Shown here piece by piece: positions 17,130 through 25,804 of a DNA stretch of 33,805 nt. The notes beneath the pieces were generated by a model, which saw only the letters and a program-made list of their open reading frames with translations, was not told where the DNA came from and did no database searches. Position numbers and translations under genes: made by a program. How positions within the stretch are numbered: position 1 is the first letter of the stretch; every line of letters starts with the position of its first letter. The DNA is from Luteolibacter sp. (lineage in GTDB: Bacteria; Verrucomicrobiota; Verrucomicrobiia; Verrucomicrobiales; Akkermansiaceae), in assembly GCA_043748885.1 (NCBI GenBank), contig JAYVEJ010000341.1:1-33805 (forward strand). Reading direction: 5' to 3'.

Positions 17130-20100
17130 ATGAAAACCGCTGACGCCCCATCCCCAAGCATCGTCGCAACTGCCACAATCACCGGTCTCGGCTTCGAGCG
17201 AAATTTCGCCACCCCGGGAGTCTCGCCGTTCGATGAAATCGAGTGGAGCAAGCGCACCGCGGAGATCACCGACGACCGCGGCAAAACGATGTTCCGCCAG
17301 GAAAACGTGGAGGTGCCCAAGGCGTGGAGCGAACTTGCCACCAAGATCGCCGTTTCAAAATATTTCTACGGCGACGCCACCCTCGGCAACGATCCTAACA
17401 CCGGCGGTCGCGAGCACTCCGTCCGCCAGCTCATCCACCGCGTCACCCGCACCATCGCCGACTGGGGACTCACTGACGGCTATTTCGCCGACGAGGAAAG
17501 CGCGGAGAATTTCCATGCCGATCTCACCTGGCTTTGCCTCCATCAATACGGCGCGTTCAACTCGCCGGTGTGGTTCAACGTCGGCCTCTACGACCAATAC
17601 GGCATCGGCGAAGACAGCGGCGAAGGCAACTGGTATTGGAACGCCCAAGCGGGAAAAGCCGAACGCGCCCCCGGCCAATACCACTACCCGCAGGCCAGTG
17701 CCTGCTTCATCCAAGGCGTGGAGGACAAAATGGAGGACATCATGCGCCTCGCCTCGTCGGAAGCCATGCTCTTCAAATACGGCTCGGGCACCGGCACCGA
17801 TCTATCAACCTTGCGCTCCACCCGCGAGAAACTCTCCGGCGGTGGCAAGCCGTCCGGCCCGCTCTCCTTCCTCCGCATTTACGACCAGGTGGCGAACGCC
17901 GTGAAATCCGGTGGCAAAACCCGCCGCGCCGCGAAAATGAACACGCTCAAGGACTGGCATCCAGACATCGAGGAATTCATCGAAGCCAAAACTATCGAGG
18001 AAAAAAAAGCCTGGGCGCTCATCGAGCAAGGTTACGACGGCTCCTACAATGGCGACGCCTACGGCTCCGTCATGTTTCAAAACGAGAATCTATCCGTCCG
18101 CGCCAGCGACGAGTTCATGCAGGCCGCCGTGGACGATGGCGATTGGTGGACGCGCCGCGTCATCGATGGCGACCCCTGCGAGAAAAAGAGTGCTCGCGAT
18201 CTTCTGCGCAAAATCTCGCTCGGCACCTGGACTTGCGGCGATCCTGGCATGCAGTTCGACACCACCATCCACACCTGGCACACCTGCAAGGGCAGCGGTC
18301 GCCAGCATTCTACCAACCCGTGCTCGGAGTATCTTTTCCTCAACGACACGGCCTGCAATCTGGCCTCGCTCAATCTCGTTAGATTCAGGAAGAGCGACGG
18401 TGCGTTCGACGTGAAGCGCTTCAAACACGCCGTCCGCCTGTTCATCGTGGCGCAGGAAATCCTCGTGGACCGCGCCAGCTACCCCACCCAGCCGATCGCG
18501 GAAAACTCCCACGCCTTCCGCACGCTCGGCCTCGGTTTCGCCAACCTCGGTGCCCTCATCATGAGCCGCGGTCTCGGTTACGATTCGGATGAGGGCCGCG
18601 CCCTCGCCGGCTCCATCACCGCGCTCATGACCGGCCACGCCTATCAAGTCAGTGCCGAACTCGCAGCGATCACCGGGCCATTCCCATCCTATCGCGACGC
18701 CCGCTACGGCACGGTGAGAAACCCGCCCGCGCCGTCGAACGAGCCCACCATGCGCGAAGTCATTTCGCGCCACCGCGATCTGGCCTACACCCTAGCAGAC
18801 AATGCCGACTGCCAGCCCATCATCGATGCCGCGCGCCATGCTTGGGACCGGGCGCTCGACGCCGGACGCAGCCATGGCTACCGCAACGCGCAGGTCACCG
18901 TGCTCGCGCCCACGGGCACCATCGGCTTTCTGATGGACTGCGACACCACCGGTATCGAGCCGGACATCGCGTTGGTGAAATACAAGCTTCTCGCTGGCGG
19001 CGGCATGTTGAAGATCGTCAACCAAACCGTCCCGCCCGCGCTCCGACGCCTGGGCTACGGCGATGACGAAACCGCCGCCATCCTCCAGCACATCGACCAA
19101 TGGGACACCATCGAGGACGTCACCGACGACGAAACCGGCCAGATCGTCCGCAGCGGACTGAAGCCCGGTCACCTGCCGGTTTTTGACTGCGCCTTCAAGC
19201 CCTACAAGGGCAGCCGCAGCCTCCACTATCGCGGTCACCTCCTGATGATGGCCGCCGCCCAGCCGTTCCTATCAGGTGCCATTTCGAAAACGGTCAACCT
19301 CCCGGAAAACGCCACCGTCGAGGACATCATGCAGACTTACATCGAGGCGTGGCAGCTCGGCTTGAAGGCGGTCGCCATCTATCGGGACGGTTCGAAACGC
19401 TCCGCACCGCTCAACACCAAAAAGACCTCCGACATGGGCGGCGGCGGACAAGCGACCGATGACTTCGCCACCCAACTCACCAAGCTAGCAGCCGAAAACG
19501 ACTCCCTCCGCGGCCAACTCGACAGTCGCTCGCGCCGCTTCATGCCGGACACGCGGATGTCTCTAACGCACAAATTCGAGATCGCCGGGCATGAGGGCTA
19601 CATCACCGTCGGTCTCTATCCAGACGGTCAGCCGGGCGAGCTTTTCGTCCAAATGTCCAAAGAAGGCAGCACCATCGGTGGCCTGATGGATACGGTGGCC
19701 ACGCTCACCTCCATCGCCCTGCAATACGGCGTGCCGCTCGAACAGATGGTACACAAGTTCGCCTATCAGCGTTTCGAACCCAGCGGCTTCACTTCCAATC
19801 CGGACATCCGCTCCGCCTACAGCATCACCGACTACGTCTTTCGCTGGATCGGCTGCCAGTTCATCCAAGGCTATCGCCAGGCCACGTCACCGGGTTCGGA
19901 TCAAGCGGATCTCCCGATGCCCGAGCTGCCGGAAATGGAAAAGCGCGCGCTCAACCGCCCGGTCCCGGAACTCAGCCTGGCAAATCATTCACACCAGAGG
20001 GTCGCCCGCGTCCAAACCGCGCTCGGCACCGCCTACATGGGCATCACCTGCTCGAACTGCGGCTCGGACAAAGTCATCCGCGCCGGAGCCTGCGGCGTCT

Positions 20101-20135
20101 GCACCCAGTGCGGCACCAGCCAGGGATGCAGTTGA
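17130..20135 (+). CDS. nrdJ: Class II (adenosylcobalamin-dependent) ribonucleotide reductase with C-terminal TSCPD-type domain and Zn ribbon
   Basis: FNSPVWFN, SACFI, KSGGKTRRAAKM, TNPCSEY, APTGTI, SGAISKTVN and YRDGSK motifs; C-terminal CxxC...CxxC. Confidence 0.95.
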   Translation: MKTADAPSPSIVATATITGLGFERNFATPGVSPFDEIEWSKRTAEITDDRGKTMFRQENVEVPKAWSELATKIAVSKYFYGDATLGNDPNTGGREHSVRQLIHRVTRTIADWGLTDGYFADEESAENFHADLTWLCLHQYGAFNSPVWFNVGLYDQYGIGEDSGEGNWYWNAQAGKAERAPGQYHYPQASACFIQGVEDKMEDIMRLASSEAMLFKYGSGTGTDLSTLRSTREKLSGGGKPSGPLSFLRIYDQVANAVKSGGKTRRAAKMNTLKDWHPDIEEFIEAKTIEEKKAWALIEQGYDGSYNGDAYGSVMFQNENLSVRASDEFMQAAVDDGDWWTRRVIDGDPCEKKSARDLLRKISLGTWTCGDPGMQFDTTIHTWHTCKGSGRQHSTNPCSEYLFLNDTACNLASLNLVRFRKSDGAFDVKRFKHAVRLFIVAQEILVDRASYPTQPIAENSHAFRTLGLGFANLGALIMSRGLGYDSDEGRALAGSITALMTGHAYQVSAELAAITGPFPSYRDARYGTVRNPPAPSNEPTMREVISRHRDLAYTLADNADCQPIIDAARHAWDRALDAGRSHGYRNAQVTVLAPTGTIGFLMDCDTTGIEPDIALVKYKLLAGGGMLKIVNQTVPPALRRLGYGDDETAAILQHIDQWDTIEDVTDDETGQIVRSGLKPGHLPVFDCAFKPYKGSRSLHYRGHLLMMAAAQPFLSGAISKTVNLPENATVEDIMQTYIEAWQLGLKAVAIYRDGSKRSAPLNTKKTSDMGGGGQATDDFATQLTKLAAENDSLRGQLDSRSRRFMPDTRMSLTHKFEIAGHEGYITVGLYPDGQPGELFVQMSKEGSTIGGLMDTVATLTSIALQYGVPLEQMVHKFAYQRFEPSGFTSNPDIRSAYSITDYVFRWIGCQFIQGYRQATSPGSDQADLPMPELPEMEKRALNRPVPELSLANHSHQRVARVQTALGTAYMGITCSNCGSDKVIRAGACGVCTQCGTSQGCS

Positions 20136-20167
20136 GCCGACACCCTCGTTTCCCCTAACAAACTTTC

Positions 20168-21601
20168 ATGAATCCTCATTCTATCACCGCTGCTGAACTT
20201 CCACCGATCATCCAGGGAGGCATGGGCGTCGGCGTTTCCGGCTGGCGTCTTGCGCACACGGTTTCCCAAGCTGGCCAGCTCGGCGTCGTTTCCGGCACCA
20301 TGCTGGACGTCGTCATCGCACGCACCCTCCAGCTCGGCGATGAAGGCGGCCACATCCGCCGCGCCTTGCAGCAGTTTCCCCATCAGGAAATGGCGGCCCG
20401 CCTGCTGAAGCGCTATTTCCACGAGGGCGGAATCGCGCCGGACGCGTCCTTCAAGTCCACGCCGATGATGACATTTCCGCCAGCCAGGCCCGCAATGGAA
20501 CTCTCCGTGCTCGCCAGCTTCGTCTCGATCTGGCTCGCCAAGGAGGGACATGACGGAAAGGCCGGTCTCAATCTGTTGGAAAAAAGCCAGCTCCCCACGA
20601 TGTCCGCGCTTTACGGCGCGATGCTTGCCGGGGTCGATGTCGTGCTCATGGGTGCCGGCATCCCGCGCCAGATCCCGGGCATTCTCGACCGCCTGGCTGC
20701 GGGAACCGTCGCCGAACTCCGCCTCGACGTGACCGGCGCGGATCGAACCTTCGCCGTTGAGTTCGATCCAGCTCGCTTCTGCCACGCCCCAACGCAGTCG
20801 CTCAAGCGTCCGCTCTTTCTCGCCGTCGTCTCATCACCCGTTCTAGCGGAAAACCTCCGCCGCAAGTCATCGGGAAAGGTCGATGGCTTCGTCGTCGAGG
20901 CTGCCATCGCCGGGGGCCACAACGCCCCGCCGCGCGGCGCGATGCAGCTCACCGAAAATGGCGAGCCACTCTACGGACCGCGCGATGCGATCGAGGTTTC
21001 AAAATTCCGCGAGATCGGCCTGCCGTTCTGGCTCGCCGGTGGCTACGGCAGCAAAGGAAAACTCCGCGACGCACAAGCCGAGGGAGCGATGGGCATCCAG
21101 GTGGGCACCGTCTTCGCGCTGAGCGATGAATCCGGTTTTGATCCGAAATTGAAGGCGCAACTCATCGACGCCATCCGCCGCAATGACCTCGCGGTCTTCA
21201 CCAATCCTTCCGCCTCGCCCACCGGTTTTCCGTTCAAGATCGCCCAACTTCCGGAGACTCTATCGGAACCCAAGGTTTACGAACATCGCGAACGCGTCTG
21301 CGATCTGGGAGTACTCCGGGAAACCTACATGAAGGACGACGGCAGCGTCGGCTTCCGCTGTTCCGCCGAGCCTATCGACCTCTATGCGGCCAAGGGCGGC
21401 GACGTAAGCCGCACAGTCGGCTCGTCGTGTCTTTGCAACTCGTTAGGTGCCTCTATCGGCCTCGGCCAACGCCGCGCCCGCGGCATCGTCGAGCCACCGC
21501 TCATCACGCTTGGCGACGATCTGGACAGCATCCGCGGCATGCTTTCTAACGCCGCAACAGGCTACTCCGCGCAACAAGTGATCGCGAAACTTCTGGAGTA
21601 A
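20168..21601 (+). CDS. Nitronate monooxygenase/FabK-like flavin oxidoreductase with C-terminal Cys cluster
   Basis: PIIQGGMGVGVS, MGAGIP, VVE..IAGGH, GIQVGT and SPTGFP motifs; Cys in CDLG, RCSAEP and CLCN. Confidence 0.85.
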   Translation: MNPHSITAAELPPIIQGGMGVGVSGWRLAHTVSQAGQLGVVSGTMLDVVIARTLQLGDEGGHIRRALQQFPHQEMAARLLKRYFHEGGIAPDASFKSTPMMTFPPARPAMELSVLASFVSIWLAKEGHDGKAGLNLLEKSQLPTMSALYGAMLAGVDVVLMGAGIPRQIPGILDRLAAGTVAELRLDVTGADRTFAVEFDPARFCHAPTQSLKRPLFLAVVSSPVLAENLRRKSSGKVDGFVVEAAIAGGHNAPPRGAMQLTENGEPLYGPRDAIEVSKFREIGLPFWLAGGYGSKGKLRDAQAEGAMGIQVGTVFALSDESGFDPKLKAQLIDAIRRNDLAVFTNPSASPTGFPFKIAQLPETLSEPKVYEHRERVCDLGVLRETYMKDDGSVGFRCSAEPIDLYAAKGGDVSRTVGSSCLCNSLGASIGLGQRRARGIVEPPLITLGDDLDSIRGMLSNAATGYSAQQVIAKLLE

Positions 21602-21613
21602 GGCGCCATTCCC

Positions 21614-22039
21614 TCACCGCGGCTGGGGCACCTTTTTGACGAATACCGCGAGAGTGGTTTCTACCAGGAAGCGCCGCCCGTTTTCCTCCAACTTCAGGAA
21701 ATCGTCGTGGAGTGGGCAAGGGTTTCCCGAACCGCACCAACCCGGTCCGAAGGGACACGGACACTCGGTGATTTCCCGTTCGAAAATTCCCACGATGTCC
21801 GCAAGCCGGATTTCCTCCGGCGGGCGGGCTAACCGATAGCCGCCACCCGGGCCGGTGACCCCCCTCGTCAGCCCGGCCGAAGCCGCCTCGCTCAGCAATT
21901 TAGCAGCCAACGCCGTGGGGATATTCCGCACCCGGCCGACTTCCGCAGACGAGATCGACGCCACTTCGGGACTGTAGCGCTCCGCGAGATAACTCATCGC
22001 CGAGACCGCCTGCCTTGCTAATTTACCGTATCGGAACAT
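21614..22039 (-). CDS. Rrf2-family transcriptional regulator with Fe-S ligands
   Basis: Likely start ATG 22039 (MFRYGK). Contains the GPGGGYRLARPPEEI wing and the CPFGPGWCGSGNPCPLH Cys motif. Confidence 0.92.
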   Translation of the reverse strand: MFRYGKLARQAVSAMSYLAERYSPEVASISSAEVGRVRNIPTALAAKLLSEAASAGLTRGVTGPGGGYRLARPPEEIRLADIVGIFEREITECPCPFGPGWCGSGNPCPLHDDFLKLEENGRRFLVETTLAVFVKKVPQPR

Positions 22040-22067
22040 GCGCAGATCCTGCGTATTCTTGCGCATT

Positions 22068-22106
22068 AATCCAGACAAAAGAATTAATGAAGCTTTTTTC
22101 TTGATT
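22068..22106. promoter_or_regulatory. Putative Rrf2 operator (site B, 22082-22106) within a larger inverted repeat
   Basis: AATCCAGACAAAAG-N11-CTTTTTTCTTGATT (12/14 arm match) between divergent rrf2 and the nos operon. Confidence 0.6.
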
Positions 22107-22190
22107 GGTTGACGCAGTCGCCGTGTGATTCGAGGCGTCACGACATTGTCACGCTGTCAAACCCGGCACTCCATCCCACCTCACAACGCC

Positions 22191-22661
22191 ATGTCTGGAA
22201 AACACATGATCCTACCCATCACCCTTTGCGCGGTCCTCGCCATCGGCTGCAGTTCCAAAGAGGAGGCCGAGAAATCCGCCGAAGCCGCCCCGACGCCGTC
22301 CGAGATCCTCGAAGGAAAACCGGAAGTCCACGGAACCGAAGTCAAAGCAATCGCGCTTACCCATCCACTCAACCAAGAGTGGGTCACCCATGGCAAGGCC
22401 ACCTATGAAATGAAGTGCCTCGCTTGCCACAAACTGACTGCCGACAAACTCGTCGGTCCCGGTTGGATGGGCGTTACCAAACGCCGCAAGCCCGAGTGGA
22501 TCATGAACATGGTCACCAATGTGGACATGATGCTCGAGAAGGACGAGGAAGCGCAGAAATTGTTGGAACAATGCCTCGTCCGCATGCCGAACCAGAACCT
22601 CACTCAAGACGAAACGCGCAAGGTGATCGAATTCATGCGCGGAAATGACGGAGAAAACTAA
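22191..22661 (+). CDS. Monoheme cytochrome c lipoprotein of clade II nos cluster
   Basis: Lipobox LAIGC, CLACHK...VGP, RRKPEWIMNM and axial Met in RMPNQ; immediately upstream of nosZ. Start is 22191 or 22206. Confidence 0.88.
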   Translation: MSGKHMILPITLCAVLAIGCSSKEEAEKSAEAAPTPSEILEGKPEVHGTEVKAIALTHPLNQEWVTHGKATYEMKCLACHKLTADKLVGPGWMGVTKRRKPEWIMNMVTNVDMMLEKDEEAQKLLEQCLVRMPNQNLTQDETRKVIEFMRGNDGEN

Positions 22662-22682
22662 AACTACCAATCTACACTAACG

Positions 22683-24665
22683 ATGAAATCACATATCTCT
22701 CACACTCTCGTCGGCATTCTGGCCATTTCCGGCATCGTCCTGACGACGAGTTGCAAGCCCAAAGGCATGATTCAGAAAGTCGAGAGCGGCACCGCCGAAA
22801 AGGTCTATGTCCCACCCGGCAAATACGATGAAATGTATAACGTCGTTTCAGGCGGATTCAGCGGTGGAGTCGCTATTTACGGTCTGCCATCCGGTCGTCT
22901 GTTCCGCCAAATCCCGGTGTTTTCGCAGCATCCAGAGTCCGGCTACGGCTACAGTGAGGAGACCAAACCGATGTTGAACACCTCGTTCGGCTACCAGCCA
23001 TGGGACGACCAGCACCACGTTTCGATTTCACAAACCAAGGGCGAACACGACGGGCGGTGGATCTTCGCCAACGCTAACAACACGCCGCGGGTGGCCCGCA
23101 TCAGTCTGGAGACCTTCCGCACCGAGGAGATTCTCGAAATCCCCAACAGCTCGGGCAACCACTCGTCACCCTTCATCACCGAGAATTCGGAATACATCGT
23201 GGCCGGCACTCGTTTCGCGTATCCACTCGATGATGAGGGATCTAACCCCGACGTGCCGATCGCCTCGTTCAAGGAGAATTTCAAAAGCACGCTCAGCATG
23301 ATCTCAGTGGCGCAGGATAGCGGGCGCATGAAGGTTGCCTTCCAAGTGCTGCTCCCCGGTATCGACATCGACCTCGCCCGTGCCGGCAAACAGAAATCCC
23401 ACGGCTGGATGTTCTTCACCTGTTATAACAGCGAAGAGGCGCACACCTTGTTAGAAGTGAACGCCTCGCAAAAAGACAAAGACTTCATCGGCGCGGTGGA
23501 TTGGAAAAAGTGCGAGGAATACATCAAGGCTGGCAAGGGCCGCAAATCCAAGGCCAAGCACGTTCACAACGTCTGGGATGAGAAAACCCATTCCGCCACC
23601 TCCACCGTGGAGGATGAAGTCATCCTGCTCGATCCGAATGAACTTCCCGGCATCGTCTATTTCATGCCCTGCCCCAAGTCACCCCACGGCTGCGATACCG
23701 ATCCCACCGGCAGTTATATCGTCGGCAGTGGCAAACTTGCCGCGCTGATTCCGGTATTCTCCTTCGACAAGATGAAGAACGCCATCGCGGCGAAAGACTA
23801 CGAAGGCGAATTCCATGGCATTCCAGTGCTCAAATATAACTCAGTCCTCCATGGCGAAGTCAAGAAACCCGGCCTCGGCCCCTTGCACACCGAGTTCGAT
23901 GGCAAGGGCTTCGCCTATACTTCGATGTTCGTGACTTCCGAGATCGTAAAATGGAATCTTGAAACGTTGAAAGTGGTGGATCGCAGCCCCACCTTCTACT
24001 CGGTCGGTCACTTGACCATCCCTGGAGGTTGCACTGTGAAGCCCCATGGTAAATATGCCATCGCCTACAACAAGATCACCAAGGACCGCTATCTCCCAAC
24101 CGGGCCCGAACTCACCCAGTCCGCCCAGCTATTTGATATTTCCGGCGATAAGATCAAACTCCTGCTCGACTTCCCGACCGTCGGCGAACCTCACTACGCG
24201 GAAGCGTTTCCCGCCTCGCTGATTCAAGCGAAATCCAAGAAGTTTTATCGACTTGAGGACAACAACCACCCTTACGTCACCAAGAGCGAAAAGGATGCAA
24301 AAGTCGTGCGTGATGGCAACCGGGTGGATGTTTACATGACCGCCATTCGCTCCCACCTCGCGCCGGACAACATCGAAGGCATCAAGATCGGCGACGAAGT
24401 CTATTTCCACGTGACCAACCTCGAACAGGACTGGGACGTGCCGCACGGTTTCGCCGTCAAGGGTGCGATCAATGCGGAGCTCCTGATCATGCCCGGTGAG
24501 ACCAGCACTCTGAAATGGATACCCGCCCGCGTGGGCATCGCCCCCTTCTACTGCACGGACTTCTGCTCCGCGTTGCACCAGGAAATGCAAGGTTATGCCC
24601 GCGTTTCCCCCGCAGGATCAACCACGCCGCTGAAGTTCGGCATCGGCGACACCGCTGATAAATAA
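22683..24665 (+). CDS. nosZ: Sec-dependent (clade II) nitrous oxide reductase, probable lipoprotein
   Basis: CuZ motifs DQHH, GNH, PHG, GPLH and EPH; CuA PHGF...CTDFCSALHQEM; non-Tat signal with TTSC lipobox. Confidence 0.97.
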   Translation: MKSHISHTLVGILAISGIVLTTSCKPKGMIQKVESGTAEKVYVPPGKYDEMYNVVSGGFSGGVAIYGLPSGRLFRQIPVFSQHPESGYGYSEETKPMLNTSFGYQPWDDQHHVSISQTKGEHDGRWIFANANNTPRVARISLETFRTEEILEIPNSSGNHSSPFITENSEYIVAGTRFAYPLDDEGSNPDVPIASFKENFKSTLSMISVAQDSGRMKVAFQVLLPGIDIDLARAGKQKSHGWMFFTCYNSEEAHTLLEVNASQKDKDFIGAVDWKKCEEYIKAGKGRKSKAKHVHNVWDEKTHSATSTVEDEVILLDPNELPGIVYFMPCPKSPHGCDTDPTGSYIVGSGKLAALIPVFSFDKMKNAIAAKDYEGEFHGIPVLKYNSVLHGEVKKPGLGPLHTEFDGKGFAYTSMFVTSEIVKWNLETLKVVDRSPTFYSVGHLTIPGGCTVKPHGKYAIAYNKITKDRYLPTGPELTQSAQLFDISGDKIKLLLDFPTVGEPHYAEAFPASLIQAKSKKFYRLEDNNHPYVTKSEKDAKVVRDGNRVDVYMTAIRSHLAPDNIEGIKIGDEVYFHVTNLEQDWDVPHGFAVKGAINAELLIMPGETSTLKWIPARVGIAPFYCTDFCSALHQEMQGYARVSPAGSTTPLKFGIGDTADK

Positions 24666-24678
24666 CCTCCGCCTTGGT

Positions 24679-24724
24679 TCCCTGACCTCGCGGGGATGCC
24701 AGTGACCGGCATCACCGCCAGGGA
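24679..24724 (+). other. Intergenic RNA stem-loop after nosZ
   Basis: TCCCTG/CAGGGA, GCGG/CCGC and GATGCC/GGCATC pairings; no U-tract. Confidence 0.5.
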
Positions 24725-24748
24725 GAGTCGCACCCGGAAATTATCCCC

Positions 24749-25804
24749 ATGCGCCCGCTACGCCCCATCACCCGCATCCTACTCGCCCTGGCCGTTCTGG
24801 CCATGATCTCCGGCTACTTCCTGCCGCTATGGGAAATCCAGCTTTGGGCACCCCAGTATCCGGAGGGACTCAATATGAAAATCTGGCTCGATCATCTGGG
24901 CGGAGATTTCGACATCATCAATGGCCTGAATCACTACATTGGCATGAGACACATCAAACAGGAGATGTTTCCAGAGTTTCTTTATATGGGTTATGTGCTC
25001 GGTTTTCTCATCGTCGCAGGCTTCGTTCCCGTGATCACCGGGAAACGTCGCTGGCTCCAGTTGTTCGTCGTCATCCTATTCCTCGGTGCGGGCCTCGGCA
25101 TCTTCGATTTCTATCGGTGGGGCTATGACTACGGCCACAATCTCGATCCCAAGGCCGCGATTTCGGTGCCGGGAATGACGTATGATCCGCCGATCATCGG
25201 CTACAAGAGCCTGCTCAACTTCGTCGCTTATTCCGGGCCGGACAAAGGCGGTTGGGTGCTCATCGCAGCAGGAGTCCTGAGCACCGCGCTGCTGGTGTGC
25301 GAAGGGTTCATGGCACGAAGGAAATCTTCAAAAACTAGCGGTATGGCAGTTTTGCTACCGCTGTTCGCCATGCTGATGATCCTTCCCGGATGCAACTCGG
25401 AACCGCAACCTATCGCCTACGGCAAGGATGAATGCGCGGGCTGCAAGATGATCCTCGCGGACTTGCACTATGGCAATGAACTCATCACCGCCAAAGGCAA
25501 GGTGTTCAAGTTCGACGATGTGAAGTGCATGATCCAATTCATGGCCAAGGAACCCATCCAAAGCAATGCCGCCGGGCGGGCGCTCGTCATCGACTTCAAC
25601 CAGTCCAACCGTTTTCTTCACGCCGAGCAGGCGGTCTATCTGAAACACCCCAAACTCCGCTCCCCGATGGACAGCGGCATCGCCGCCTTCACCAGTGCCG
25701 CTGCCGCCAACGCGGTGGACCATGAACTGGGCGGTAACGGCAAGATTCTCCAATGGTCGGAAATCACGAATCCCACTTCCGACGGACGCCTATGCACTCA
25801 CTGA
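24749..25804 (+). CDS. nosL: NosB-NosL fusion protein
   Basis: N-terminal NosB motif PLWEIQLWAPQYPEGL...NGLNHYIGM...YDYGHNLDP; C-terminal NosL motif CAGCKM...FKFDD..C...SPM. Confidence 0.85.
   Translation: MRPLRPITRILLALAVLAMISGYFLPLWEIQLWAPQYPEGLNMKIWLDHLGGDFDIINGLNHYIGMRHIKQEMFPEFLYMGYVLGFLIVAGFVPVITGKRRWLQLFVVILFLGAGLGIFDFYRWGYDYGHNLDPKAAISVPGMTYDPPIIGYKSLLNFVAYSGPDKGGWVLIAAGVLSTALLVCEGFMARRKSSKTSGMAVLLPLFAMLMILPGCNSEPQPIAYGKDECAGCKMILADLHYGNELITAKGKVFKFDDVKCMIQFMAKEPIQSNAAGRALVIDFNQSNRFLHAEQAVYLKHPKLRSPMDSGIAAFTSAAAANAVDHELGGNGKILQWSEITNPTSDGRLCTH

Noticed and set aside
17130-20135. Possible intein, intron or cobalamin riboswitch associated with nrdJ
   Set aside because: Catalytic motifs are contiguous at normal length, and only 4 bp separate it from ric.
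22124-22161. GTCACG/GTCAA repeats and a TGTGA half-site upstream of nos
   Set aside because: No correctly spaced CRP or FNR palindrome.
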